DNA from: a virus
Lineage: Duplodnaviria > Caudoviricetes
DNA length: 64,000 nt
Direction: 5' to 3' (one strand)
IMG/VR virus record: IMGVR_UViG_2974670102_000001
Span: 198,654 to 262,653 of that record
Shown in pieces: positions 47,248-56,615 of this stretch. The notes under the pieces were generated by a model, which was not told the DNA's origin, made no database searches, and was given only the letters and a program-made list of their open reading frames with translations. Numbering within the stretch: the first letter of the stretch is position 1; each line of letters starts with the position of its first letter. The position numbers were made by a program, and so were the translations under genes.

Positions 47248-47489
47248 TCCTCCTTGAACGTTACGTCGTCTCCGCGATCATAGGCTTCCGCCAGATCAGC
47301 GGCCTGCTCGCGCATCTGCTGAGCCAGATTCGAATGATACGCGGATGAACTCGGCATGTCAAATGCATCTGCCTCGACAGCCCACGAATCGTGCAGGTCA
47401 GCCAGCGCCAGCAGCGCCTGCGGCGATTGCGAGAGCATGCGCGACTCCTGCTCCCCGATCTTGAACGTTCGGAATACGCGATCAGCCAT
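47244..47489 (-). CDS. hypothetical protein
   Basis: Coupled overlap. Confidence 0.65.
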   Translation of the reverse strand: MADRVFRTFKIGEQESRMLSQSPQALLALADLHDSWAVEADAFDMPSSSAYHSNLAQQMREQAADLAEAYDRGDDVTFKEE

Positions 47490-47727
47490 TCTGAAGTCCT
47501 TCCGAGTGAGGAATCGGGCCGCGATCCGACTCCATCGCGTAGATGTAGGTGGCACCCCAGCCGAGCGCAGACCATCCGGTCAGCAGGTTGAGCACGGCGA
47601 TGCCAAACACACGGTGGTGTTCACGGCTGATCGCAACGTACGTGGGCACGAAGTACATGAATATGAGGATCGCGCCCCCGATGATCGACCACGCGTCGCC
47701 CCAGTTGAGGGTCAGGGTAATCAGCAT
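47482..47727 (-). CDS. superinfection immunity protein (T4 Imm-like)
   Basis: YFVPTYVA..R.H....I..LNLLTGWS..GW. Confidence 0.85.
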   Translation of the reverse strand: MLITLTLNWGDAWSIIGGAILIFMYFVPTYVAISREHHRVFGIAVLNLLTGWSALGWGATYIYAMESDRGPIPHSEGLQNG

Positions 47728-47921
47728 CACGCCTTCCGTTGGTTCGTGAACGCCCATACGAGAGCGCCGCCCCAGCCGATCAGCGACCAGCCGAATACGA
47801 TGTTCAGGGCCGCGATAGCCGTTACCTGCGGGTGCGCGCGCCGGACTGCCACGATGGTCGGGGCCGTGTACAGAACCACGGCCATGACCACGACGCAGAT
47901 TGTTACGATGAAGCCAAACAT
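47727..47921 (-). CDS. superinfection immunity protein (T4 Imm-like)
   Basis: YTAPTIVA.RR.H....I..LNIVFGWSLIGW..ALVWA. Confidence 0.88.
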   Translation of the reverse strand: MFGFIVTICVVVMAVVLYTAPTIVAVRRAHPQVTAIAALNIVFGWSLIGWGGALVWAFTNQRKA

Positions 47922-47930
47922 TTTCTCTCC

Positions 47931-48248
47931 TTACGCGGTTTTGAGAAGTTTTTCACGGATACGTTGAGCGAACGCGTGTTGGATCACCTGTGCCTTGCTC
48001 ATTTCGAGGCTGGTATCCCCGATTTCCGCGTCCATCAGACGAAGGATACGGAGAATGACACGGTGCTCCAGTTCACGTGTGGTCGCGATGTCGGGCTGGA
48101 CCTCGGCCACGCTTAGCAGCCACTGGGCGAACGCGTACACCTCGTCATCGTCGGCCACGATCTTGAACTGGGAATACGCCATGTTCGAAAGCAGGTTAGC
48201 CGTATCGTAGCTGTCGACGCCCCGGATTTTCACCTCATTCGTCAGCAT
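47931..48248 (-). CDS. hypothetical protein
   Basis: ORF in the minus-strand operon; start uncertain. Confidence 0.6.
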   Translation of the reverse strand: MLTNEVKIRGVDSYDTANLLSNMAYSQFKIVADDDEVYAFAQWLLSVAEVQPDIATTRELEHRVILRILRLMDAEIGDTSLEMSKAQVIQHAFAQRIREKLLKTA

Positions 48249-48546
48249 CGGCAATCCTGAAAACGAATTCGGTCTTGACACTGGGACGCAGGATCACGTC
48301 CGCTGCGTACACGATGTCGCCTACATGTCCTTCACGCAGGTACTGCACGCTGTCAATCAGCTTGATCGCGGCCACGATTTCGCGGTCTCCGGATTCGCCC
48401 TCCGAAAACAGGGCCGCCGAGCCCAAATATGTAGTCCAGTACGGACTGCCGTGATCGGTGGCGTACGCGAAATACAAGAGGCGGCCGTTTTGCTGCTGAC
48501 ACACGAGCATGCGTTTCAGCGGCGGTTGCTTGAATTCAATTGGCAC
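48235..48546 (-). CDS. hypothetical protein
   Basis: ORF in the minus-strand operon. Confidence 0.65.
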   Translation of the reverse strand: MPIEFKQPPLKRMLVCQQQNGRLLYFAYATDHGSPYWTTYLGSAALFSEGESGDREIVAAIKLIDSVQYLREGHVGDIVYAADVILRPSVKTEFVFRIADADE

Positions 48547-49075
48547 CGGAGCCCCCGCACACTTTGTTGATGAGGTCCCAGTACAGATCGATCATGAGTT
48601 CCGCGATCTCGTAGACCCGGTGGAAGCCCATGAAATCCTCCAGATCGACTGCGAACAGGGATTCGAGGTGCTTCTTCACCATCTGGTACGCTTCGTCCGT
48701 GTAGCCGAGATCGGTGTACAGATCGTCGGAAAGGCCGATGTAGAACGTCTCGGCCCGCTTGTTCGGACAGTTGTAGCACAGGACACCGCGAACCACGGTC
48801 TTCACGAATTCCGCGACTTCCACACGGTTGGCCACATTCGGATACTCCACGTCATAGAACGGGAACACGGTCATGTAGTACTTGCCGTTTTCCAGAACCG
48901 TGAACTTGGGGTTGGGCGTCACGATAACGCCTTGATCCTTGACCGGCTCCTTGTTGGGGCCGACGCCTAGCGCCGCATCCCACGCAGCCTGAAGGTCGGC
49001 AGGCAGGATGTAGCCACGCACTTGCAGCACTTCTCGGTGGTAGCGTTCCCACCACTGTTCGAAATTTTCAGCCAC
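48536..49075 (-). CDS. hypothetical protein with N-terminal FEQWW..AAWDAA module
   Basis: GGAG RBS; GTG start. Confidence 0.7.
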   Translation of the reverse strand: MAENFEQWWERYHREVLQVRGYILPADLQAAWDAALGVGPNKEPVKDQGVIVTPNPKFTVLENGKYYMTVFPFYDVEYPNVANRVEVAEFVKTVVRGVLCYNCPNKRAETFYIGLSDDLYTDLGYTDEAYQMVKKHLESLFAVDLEDFMGFHRVYEIAELMIDLYWDLINKVCGGSGAN

Positions 49076-49233
49076 CGTTCGTTCTCCCGAAAAGCTTGTC
49101 CATAGATTTGTCGAAACTGATGTCGACGAGCAGGAAACAGGCGGCCATTGCCATAAAGTAGGCCCCCTTATCGAACCTCTCGAACGCTACCGCGTCGACA
49201 GCGCCCACGAGCATAACAATGCCCGCCACCAAT

Positions 49234-49971
49234 TTAAACATTCCCACCCTCCAGTTCGCCCTGAGCCAGAACCCGGATCATGGGGTTCGTGAAAGCCACG
49301 TTGAAACTGTCGATGCGTTCGGCACTCACGTCGGCAAGCAGCGTGAATGCTTGCGTTCCGAACTCACGCTGAAAATGCCACACGGGAACGCGCACGTCGG
49401 TCTGCCCCAAGCAGTACGCTACATACGGCGCAATCTGGTTCAGCGTTGCTTGATCGGGAACCACGATCACGACAGCCGGATTGTCGGCGTTAAGTGCATC
49501 GTACATCACGTTGTCGATCCACTCGAACAGACGCCCCGGGATGATGTGGTCCCGGTCGTGCGTGCCCACGAACGCGGTTTCGTGATACACGTCGCAGTCG
49601 CTGTAAATCAGCGTATGCTTCTCGTCGCTGGGTGCGTCGAACGCCACCGGCTGCTGGATCGACCATCCGTTGCGCTCCGCATCGAACGAGACGCGGATGC
49701 CTCGCGACATGCGCACGCTTTCCTGATCGATCTCGACGACGCGGACACGCTGACCCTGATCTGGTGGCTGAACGTCCGGATACGTGAGCGTGACGTACAG
49801 AGTGCCCCGCTCGTTGTCGTGCACGTCGTAGTTGCGCTCACAATAGTCCGAACGGAAGGCCAGCGGCGCGTCCATGAGCGCACGGATACGACGACGCACG
49901 GTCGCGGCGCTACTACAGTCCAGCATGCGGGAGATTTCCTCCAGTTCGCTACGCAAATCCTTGTGGCTCAT
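49234..49971 (-). CDS. hypothetical protein
   Basis: 245-aa ORF. Confidence 0.75.
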   Translation of the reverse strand: MSHKDLRSELEEISRMLDCSSAATVRRRIRALMDAPLAFRSDYCERNYDVHDNERGTLYVTLTYPDVQPPDQGQRVRVVEIDQESVRMSRGIRVSFDAERNGWSIQQPVAFDAPSDEKHTLIYSDCDVYHETAFVGTHDRDHIIPGRLFEWIDNVMYDALNADNPAVVIVVPDQATLNQIAPYVAYCLGQTDVRVPVWHFQREFGTQAFTLLADVSAERIDSFNVAFTNPMIRVLAQGELEGGNV

Positions 49972-49972
49972 C

Positions 49973-50530
49973 TTATACCCCCGTCATACGAACGACAGCG
50001 TACGGATTGGGCTTGACGTGGAAATCACCGAAGGATTCAGCCATGTTCCAGTTGCGTCGACCAGTCGGCTCGATAACCGTGGTCACGGCCACCAGATCAC
50101 GCACGTTCAGCTTGCCCGTAGCCCGGTCACGCCCGTAGTGAAGGCGGTACTCGTGATCGTACAGAATTCCGGCCTTGACACGTTTGATGTAGGCTTCACG
50201 CGCAGCCGCAGTCTGGAACGTTCGGTGCATGTTGTACTGGTCCTCGCGCAGATCGCGATTCGGACGCACGATGTTGCGGTCGTCGACGTACAGGCGGTTC
50301 GCGTGTTCGAGCATGTGATCCCAGCGCTTGACGTACTTGTACGTACCATCGAATGCGGTCTTGAACTCCACGGCGTCCACGACCCAGAACCCTGTATCAC
50401 GGTCTTGGTACGGGCGGCTCGTCAGCAGCGCCTCGTACTTGCTGAACTGCGCGCCGTGCTGTGCCGAACGAAACACGTCCACACAGAACAGCGTGTGACC
50501 GGCGCGCAAATCTTTGAACTTTTTCATCAC
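49973..50530 (-). CDS. hypothetical protein
   Basis: AGGAG RBS. Confidence 0.75.
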   Translation of the reverse strand: MMKKFKDLRAGHTLFCVDVFRSAQHGAQFSKYEALLTSRPYQDRDTGFWVVDAVEFKTAFDGTYKYVKRWDHMLEHANRLYVDDRNIVRPNRDLREDQYNMHRTFQTAAAREAYIKRVKAGILYDHEYRLHYGRDRATGKLNVRDLVAVTTVIEPTGRRNWNMAESFGDFHVKPNPYAVVRMTGV

Positions 50531-50555
50531 TTTTCTCCTTTAGTCTAGACGCGCT

Positions 50556-50584
50556 ACTTTATCCTGAACCTATGTCCGTGTCAA
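50556..50584 (-). promoter_or_regulatory. sigma70-type promoter
   Basis: TTGACA-17-TAAAGT. Confidence 0.75.
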
Positions 50585-51411
50585 CGAAGTTCGTTGGTGC
50601 CCACGATTGCCTTGAACCAGTCCGGCATTTTCTCGAACCGCTCACGGTTGATACGCCATATGTAATCGTGATCCCCTGCGGCCTCGGCCTTGGCGTAGCC
50701 CACACCGTTCCAGTCGTAGCTGGAAACGCAGATCGGGAGCCACGGGCGTCGCTGTTTCGGCCACACCGCGTAGAACTTGCCGCCTTCGCTCAGGACCTTG
50801 ACGGTGGACAAGACGCCTTCACGGCCGTCCCAGTGACCGGACCAGAAGAGGTCGGGCACCACCTCGTCGAACTCGCGATCCTTAATGCGCCAGTCCGGGT
50901 CCTGTTCCGATTCCCAGCCACCGGAGGACAGGGCGCGGCGCGTGGCCCAGCCGCTGTAGGCGCGCACGTCGTCAGTCGACTTCCAGCACGCGTACCACTG
51001 AGCCGAGTTCACGTGTTCGACGAACTCCGGGAATCCCTTCTCGGTGCTCGTGTACGAGTACGAATCGCAATGCAGGATGATACCCAGTTCCGGGTGCGCG
51101 AGGATCGCAAACTTCTCGCTGCGCGGGTTGTTCGGCTCATACTTCGAGGTGTAGACGAACGTTTCATGGTGCGCGATGCGGAAGCCCGCGTCTTGCAGCG
51201 TCGCCAAATACATCGTGAACGACATGCGGCCGTGCACGTCGCCCATGCGCGCCAGTGCTGCGGTCACGCGCTGTCCGTGGAGCGCGGAGTTGGCCAGCAC
51301 CATCATGCTTTGGTCGTCGGTGAAGCCGCTCCAGTGACTGTCAAACACCGTCTCCGCGTGCGCGATAACGTCGTGATCCTTCAGCTTCAGGTATTGCTGT
51401 TCCGGCGTCAT
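50581..51411 (-). CDS. hypothetical protein
   Basis: AGGAG RBS; 276 aa. Confidence 0.8.
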   Translation of the reverse strand: MTPEQQYLKLKDHDVIAHAETVFDSHWSGFTDDQSMMVLANSALHGQRVTAALARMGDVHGRMSFTMYLATLQDAGFRIAHHETFVYTSKYEPNNPRSEKFAILAHPELGIILHCDSYSYTSTEKGFPEFVEHVNSAQWYACWKSTDDVRAYSGWATRRALSSGGWESEQDPDWRIKDREFDEVVPDLFWSGHWDGREGVLSTVKVLSEGGKFYAVWPKQRRPWLPICVSSYDWNGVGYAKAEAAGDHDYIWRINRERFEKMPDWFKAIVGTNELR

Positions 51412-51477
51412 TTGCTTCTCCTTGAAAAGTGGAATAACTGCATTCTACAGTGCACCGACCTGCCAAAGCAACTACTT

Positions 51478-51657
51478 TTATTCAAAATCGTCTTCCACAT
51501 CCATGTCGTGGCCGAATCGGTCGCGCTCGCGAGCCTCTTGATAGCCGTTCTTCCACTCGTACCAGTTTTGCGTTTCCTTCTCATATCTGTTGAGGCGGCG
51601 TCCGGCGTCACCATACTTCAAATACGCGTTAAAACCTTCCTGCTCAACCGTGTTCAT
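51478..51657 (-). CDS. RMF-like small protein
   Basis: EQEGFNAY...NRY......EWKNGYQEA. Confidence 0.5.
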   Translation of the reverse strand: MNTVEQEGFNAYLKYGDAGRRLNRYEKETQNWYEWKNGYQEARERDRFGHDMDVEDDFE

Positions 51658-51986
51658 CAATCTCCCTTCCCGAATTCCTTGTTTACCATATGGGCCCACA
51701 GGTCAGCCTCTATCTTGGACCTGAATGTCAGCATCCCGTTTTCACCGCTGGGCCACCAGTCGCGTGTATACGCGTCGTTCTTGAACACGGTCAGACGCTC
51801 TACACACCACACCTTCGCGTTCAGCGGACGCGGTGCCGGGCACCACGGCCCGCGTATCAGCACCTCGTGCTCCACATCCTGCGTGGACCCGAAATCTACC
51901 AGCCCATTTTTCCACACGCAAGTACCGCACCCACCGTTCTTGGCACGATACTCACATGTTTTATCCTCTATGCAAAACTGAGCCAT
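51657..51986 (-). CDS. hypothetical Cys-rich protein
   Basis: TAATG overlap. Confidence 0.6.
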   Translation of the reverse strand: MAQFCIEDKTCEYRAKNGGCGTCVWKNGLVDFGSTQDVEHEVLIRGPWCPAPRPLNAKVWCVERLTVFKNDAYTRDWWPSGENGMLTFRSKIEADLWAHMVNKEFGKGD

Positions 51987-53839
51987 TACGTGGCCTGTTG
52001 CGCAGCCAGCACGCTATTTACCATGTCCTGTGGCGTTACCCAGTTGGCGACCGCCGCCAGCGGAATGTCGATGCCGAACACGCCGCTCAATTCCTGCCAC
52101 GCCATTTCCATGTCCACGCTGCCCCAGCCGTAGGTGTCGCACAGGCTCGTGGTTTCGGTCACGGTGCCCGTGAACGGGTCCACGTTGATGAGAGCATCCA
52201 TGACACGGTGCGTCACGTCGACCACATGGTCACGTCCAGCCGCTTCTGCTTCTGCCTGCTCCTTGGCACGCAGCAGCTTCACCACCGTCTTCACCACGTC
52301 CGCCACCGTAGTCCAATCCTCTGCGTCCTTCAGCGGGATGTTGAGGCCGAACCGACGATCCAGCGAGTACGCGAGGTTCATGCGCGAGTGGTGGTAGAAA
52401 TTGCAATCGCACTGGAGGTGATCCGTGTACGACAGACTTTCACCGCCGCTCTCGTTACGCAGGATGTAGCCGCGAATGTGATCGAACGCCTGTTGCGCAT
52501 CCGAAACTGCCACCTTATCAGCGTACTGCGATGCGACTTCAGAAGCGACCTGTACGGCAAAGCGATTCAGCGCGATCTGTCGCAGCACGTCGGCCACCAC
52601 ATCCGACACCAGTTCCCAGTCCTGCGTCGTGTGATCGAGCTTGATCGAGAACGCGTCGTTCAGGCGTTGCACCAGTTGCTCGTCGTACTGACCCGGGTAC
52701 AGGTGATCCAGATTCGAGAGGATACCGATGGAGGGCGCGCGTTCCAGCATTACCTTCGACGCGTACTCTTCAGCCACGGCTTTGATGTGCTCCGCGACCT
52801 TCCAGAAAACGGCTTCCGACAATTCGGCCGGGCTCAGTCCGTCAAACGGCATGCAGGTGCGTGCAATCTCGATCAGATCGCGGTCGATATTCAGCGCCCG
52901 TTGCACGTTCTGTTCCGCTGCGTCCAAGACAAAGCCGTCCTCTTCATCATCCTCGTCTTCGTCTACAACGTCATCTGCGTCACGCGGCAGATCGTCGTCA
53001 CCGTCCGGGTCACCCTTGTCGTCGATGCTGTCGTTCTCGCGCAGACGGCCTTCGCACGCGTCAATGATGTAGGCCACGATGTCGTGGATCGTGCACCAAC
53101 TCGTGTACTCGACTTCCGGAGCCAGAACCGCGTAATGGTCGGCAATCGAATGGCTCATCGTCTGCATGTTCACGTCCGTGAATCCGAATTTGCTGCGGAT
53201 GTGCGTGCTGCTCGACAATTCATCGTTGCGATCCACACAATCGAACGTGGAAACCATGCCAATCACGAACCACAGGGTCGGCAGGTAGTTGGCGTCGCGG
53301 GCCGTATGCGTATTGTTGAGTGCACCCTCGTACACGCCATTGCAGCCTTCGAGGATACCGAGCACCGCGTCGTTCACCGTGACCCAGCGATCCGGGTGCG
53401 CGCCGAGATCAGCGTAGCTGCTACGCAGGCTGTTGCGCAGGCGGCAGCGGTCTTCCTCGCCCATTTCGAGATCGAACGCGAGGTAGTCGGTCGGCATCAC
53501 TTCCGGGTCCGTCATGTCGTGCTCCATGATCGAGCGGATGATGACTTTCACGACCTCCAGCACGTTGTGGTGGTTCGGATGCGTGATCTGCGGAGGCGCT
53601 TTCGAGGGCGACGGGCGCACAGGCGTCGGCTTGGCCGGAGTGTCCAGCATGATCGTGAACTTCTCTTGGTAGCCACCCACGGTTTCGAGAACGCCCAGCT
53701 TCCGGCCCATGAATTCGAGGCCGCTGACCGTGGGCTTTTCCTTGATCTCGTTGAAGAACGATTCTTCGCACTTGCCCCAGTCCGTCCAGTTGCCGTTGTT
53801 GAGGCCACGAACGCGGTATTGGTAAACGATGTCAGCCAT
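51986..53839 (-). CDS. protein with five tandem ACP-like domains
   Basis: Repeats ending W.TV.D.V-like; e.g. SLCDTYGWGSVDMEMAWQELSGVFGIDIP..W.T..D.V and SLDRRFGLNIPLKDAEDWTTVADVV; AGGAG RBS. Confidence 0.8.
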   Translation of the reverse strand: MADIVYQYRVRGLNNGNWTDWGKCEESFFNEIKEKPTVSGLEFMGRKLGVLETVGGYQEKFTIMLDTPAKPTPVRPSPSKAPPQITHPNHHNVLEVVKVIIRSIMEHDMTDPEVMPTDYLAFDLEMGEEDRCRLRNSLRSSYADLGAHPDRWVTVNDAVLGILEGCNGVYEGALNNTHTARDANYLPTLWFVIGMVSTFDCVDRNDELSSSTHIRSKFGFTDVNMQTMSHSIADHYAVLAPEVEYTSWCTIHDIVAYIIDACEGRLRENDSIDDKGDPDGDDDLPRDADDVVDEDEDDEEDGFVLDAAEQNVQRALNIDRDLIEIARTCMPFDGLSPAELSEAVFWKVAEHIKAVAEEYASKVMLERAPSIGILSNLDHLYPGQYDEQLVQRLNDAFSIKLDHTTQDWELVSDVVADVLRQIALNRFAVQVASEVASQYADKVAVSDAQQAFDHIRGYILRNESGGESLSYTDHLQCDCNFYHHSRMNLAYSLDRRFGLNIPLKDAEDWTTVADVVKTVVKLLRAKEQAEAEAAGRDHVVDVTHRVMDALINVDPFTGTVTETTSLCDTYGWGSVDMEMAWQELSGVFGIDIPLAAVANWVTPQDMVNSVLAAQQAT

Positions 53840-53872
53840 GTGTTGTGCTCCTGAGAAGTTGTCGATCCGTGA

Positions 53873-53917
53873 ATAATACGGAAAAAGGGCCTTGGAGTCA
53901 ACCCCCAAGGCCCTTTT
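53873..53917 (-). promoter_or_regulatory. terminator-like hairpin with a sigma70 -35 in its loop
   Basis: TTGACT-17-TATTAT; 13-bp arms AAAAGGGCCTTGG/CCAAGGCCCTTTT. Confidence 0.8.
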
Positions 53918-53930
53918 CATTTACTGCTGG

Positions 53931-54551
53931 TTACGCGCGACGAAGCGGCAGGTCCTTCTTCACCAGACCTTCCGGAACCGGCAACCGGTTCGCGTACTTG
54001 CGGATCAGGATGAAGGTCAGCACACCACCCGACAGGATCGAGGCGATCACCAGACCGATCACGAGCAGCGCAATCGCGGCCTTGGGATCGTCGCTGTCGA
54101 ACAGGTCGACATCACCGAAGAAGTCTTTCACTCCGGAGAACGCACCGCCCACGTTCTGGAACGCGTTGTACATGTTGTAGGCTTGTGCGAACGAGTTGTA
54201 CGCCGCGCCGCCCATGCTCAGCAGACTTCGTTCACGATACGCCACGATCCACGAATGGATGGTGATGATGAGACCGGAGCCCAGTGCCGGGAAGATGATC
54301 AGCAGATACCACAGATTCATTGCTGCCTGTGCGGCCGTGGCAGGCAGGTAGCCGAACTTGTAGAGCACGGCACCCATGATGAAGCCGAACACACTGGAAA
54401 ACCCGACCACCGACTGGATGGCCGCCGACCACGCGAGGACGCGGGAGAAACCGCCCACGCCCTTCGACTCGTTCCAGATGCCACCAACCGCGTAGCAGTT
54501 CCACCACGAGATACCGAAGTTCAGGACGAGAAGCAACACGAGCATGAACAT
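53931..54551 (-). CDS. polytopic membrane protein
   Basis: Four or more hydrophobic segments; AGGAGG RBS. Confidence 0.8.
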   Translation of the reverse strand: MFMLVLLLVLNFGISWWNCYAVGGIWNESKGVGGFSRVLAWSAAIQSVVGFSSVFGFIMGAVLYKFGYLPATAAQAAMNLWYLLIIFPALGSGLIITIHSWIVAYRERSLLSMGGAAYNSFAQAYNMYNAFQNVGGAFSGVKDFFGDVDLFDSDDPKAAIALLVIGLVIASILSGGVLTFILIRKYANRLPVPEGLVKKDLPLRRA

Positions 54552-54670
54552 ATACCACCTCCTTTAATCGTTGTACCACGGAGAATGCGGGCCACTGTTT
54601 GCACAGTTCCAGCAGAAGAGACCGAATGCTAACACGGCCACGACGACGAGTGCAACAAATTCGAGGTCGC

Positions 54671-54979
54671 TCACAGGTCCCAGCCCACGAGCACACGCAC
54701 TTGAACGTATCCAGCATCCGGAAGCTTGTGCACGCGCAGCGGCCCCATCGTGAATGCCTGCTCACCGTGTACCACGTTGTCTCCGTGCATGTAGCCGTAG
54801 AAAACAGCACGGTTCAGATCGTAGCCACCGGTCTCGGACTCCTCCTTGCACTTGGTGCGCCCTTCGAGTTGTCGCAGGTGCAGATCGCGAAGGGCCGAGG
54901 CCACGCCGTCGTAGCCCATGGTCTTGGCGATGTCGGTCGCCATGTCGAATGCCTCGACTTTGATTTGCTGGTCCGTCAC
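54671..54979 (-). CDS. hypothetical protein
   Basis: GGAGG RBS. Confidence 0.65.
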   Translation of the reverse strand: MTDQQIKVEAFDMATDIAKTMGYDGVASALRDLHLRQLEGRTKCKEESETGGYDLNRAVFYGYMHGDNVVHGEQAFTMGPLRVHKLPDAGYVQVRVLVGWDL

Positions 54980-55500
54980 GGATGACCCTCCGGTACGAGG
55001 TCCGAGACCTCAAGATCGAACGTGCCGTCGACGAGCCAACGGATTGCCACCTGCTGGGCCTGCTTGGCCGTCCAGTTGGCGGTGTTGCCCAGCGACACGG
55101 GAATGCTCCAGCGATTGCCCGCATTGTACGCGTGCTCTTGAACGTCGACGGCATAGCGATCACCCAACTTGAAGGTGCGTGCTCGACGCGACGGGAGTCC
55201 GCGATAGCCCGGGTCCGGAATCGTCGACACCCAGTAACCACTGGTTCGCAATTCGCTCGTCTTGTCGTTGAGGGGCACGTCTTCGACCACGGCGATGATA
55301 CGCTCGGCATCGTTCTCACGGGTCACGAGTTCCGAGCGCTTCTTCTCCAGCGCCGCGATCTGCTTGTCGATGTCGCGGATTTGGGCGCGCAGGCCCTTCA
55401 GGTCCTTGCGATCTTCCAGCGTCTCTTTCAGGTAACGCGTGGGCTTGCCGATTTTGCCAACATACAGCGAAACGTTCGGTTTTTGCTTTTTTGTCGCCAC
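54976..55500 (-). CDS. hypothetical protein with coiled coil
   Basis: GGAGG RBS after a promoter. Confidence 0.75.
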   Translation of the reverse strand: MATKKQKPNVSLYVGKIGKPTRYLKETLEDRKDLKGLRAQIRDIDKQIAALEKKRSELVTRENDAERIIAVVEDVPLNDKTSELRTSGYWVSTIPDPGYRGLPSRRARTFKLGDRYAVDVQEHAYNAGNRWSIPVSLGNTANWTAKQAQQVAIRWLVDGTFDLEVSDLVPEGHP

Positions 55501-55516
55501 TTTTGAACCTCCGTTA

Positions 55517-55561
55517 TTAATCGATGAGCCGTATTCTACCGGGACCTGTTGCGCTTGTCAA
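55517..55561 (-). promoter_or_regulatory. sigma70 promoter with ATCGATTAA leader
   Basis: TTGACA-17-TAGAAT-7-ATCGATTAA. Confidence 0.85.
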
Positions 55562-55965
55562 TCCCAATCTGGGTCAGGATACGCATGGCGCAGCAGGAAC
55601 GCGGCTTCTCCCTCCGGTTCCATCGTGTATTCGGTGCGCCCCCGCGTCAGCAACGAGGCTTTTCCGGGCCTCAGCCAGTACTCCATTTGCTTGGCTGGTT
55701 CCCCTACATAGTACTTCTGGGTGCCGCGCATTTCGGAATAGAGCACACCATAGCGCACCAGCCTGCGTACGACTTTCGTAAGCTTCCGCACAAACGCATT
55801 ATCGTACCTCACGCTCAGGCGGTCCGCTAAATCGTTCATGAAGTCGCTGTCGTCATCGTAAAAGCCCATAAGCGCAAAACGCGGTAGCCCCGATTCCGCA
55901 AACTCCAGAACCAGCGCCATCGCGATTTCGCGCTCGGCCACGGACCTAATCGGCCGCTTATCCAT
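55558..55965 (-). CDS. possible winged-helix protein
   Basis: DLADRLSV...LTKVVRRLVRYGVLYS...YWL. Confidence 0.55.
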   Translation of the reverse strand: MDKRPIRSVAEREIAMALVLEFAESGLPRFALMGFYDDDSDFMNDLADRLSVRYDNAFVRKLTKVVRRLVRYGVLYSEMRGTQKYYVGEPAKQMEYWLRPGKASLLTRGRTEYTMEPEGEAAFLLRHAYPDPDWD

Positions 55966-56423
55966 CAGATACGCACCGATACACCCAGCAACTCGTAGGC
56001 GACATCCGACATGAACTCGCCCGGGTAGAGCAGGTAGATGTCTTCGGCGTCGCGATCCGAAAAGCAGGACGCGAGAAACCCGTCGAACATGCGATCCATC
56101 AGGTCGATGAAGGCAGGCGGCGACCCACGGTGCCGGTAGCGCGCGATGTACTCGGCCTTCTGCGCATGCGATGACGGGCACACGATGGTGTAGGGAACGC
56201 ACGCGTCAGCCAGTGCCTGACGAACTTCCGCGTGCGTCGACGCCAGAATCGATTTGCCCGCCTGCAAAGATTCGCGAATGTGTTCGACGTAGTTCTCGGG
56301 GAATCGAGATTTGTCGAATGTCGACGAATCCGAATCCAGCACCGGAACACCAGCAGCAGCGGCACGGCTCACAAACGCGGACTTCCCGATACCCGGGAAA
56401 CCACAGATTACTTTCGGTTCCAT
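55965..56423 (-). CDS. P-loop nucleotide-kinase-like protein
   Basis: VICGFPGIGKS, VLDSDSS.F, YIARY..RG. Confidence 0.8.
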   Translation of the reverse strand: MEPKVICGFPGIGKSAFVSRAAAAGVPVLDSDSSTFDKSRFPENYVEHIRESLQAGKSILASTHAEVRQALADACVPYTIVCPSSHAQKAEYIARYRHRGSPPAFIDLMDRMFDGFLASCFSDRDAEDIYLLYPGEFMSDVAYELLGVSVRI

Positions 56424-56615
56424 ATCACTCCAGTTGACTTCTGTCGTTGATGACTCCGAGTCGCATACCGACCGTGGTCAGCGCATCCATCTGACCTTCG
56501 TAGTACTCCGACTCTTCTACGCTGCCCTCGTGTGCCGCTGCCCGCAGCGACGCTTTCATTGCCAGACGATACTGCGCACGAAGGCAGGCCCGCAGTATAG
56601 CGTTCGGGATCGTAT

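Noticed and set aside
51986-53839. Poly-ACP gene as part of a PKS/NRPS/PUFA cluster
   Set aside because: No KS, AT, A, C or PPTase genes nearby, and most domains lack the Ser.
51833-53854. Long antisense ORFs (also 35501-37102 +, 19508-20887 -, 30090-31256 -, 3361-4680 -, 50572-51981 +)
   Set aside because: Shadow frames of real genes caused by GC-rich codon bias; no RBS and no motifs.
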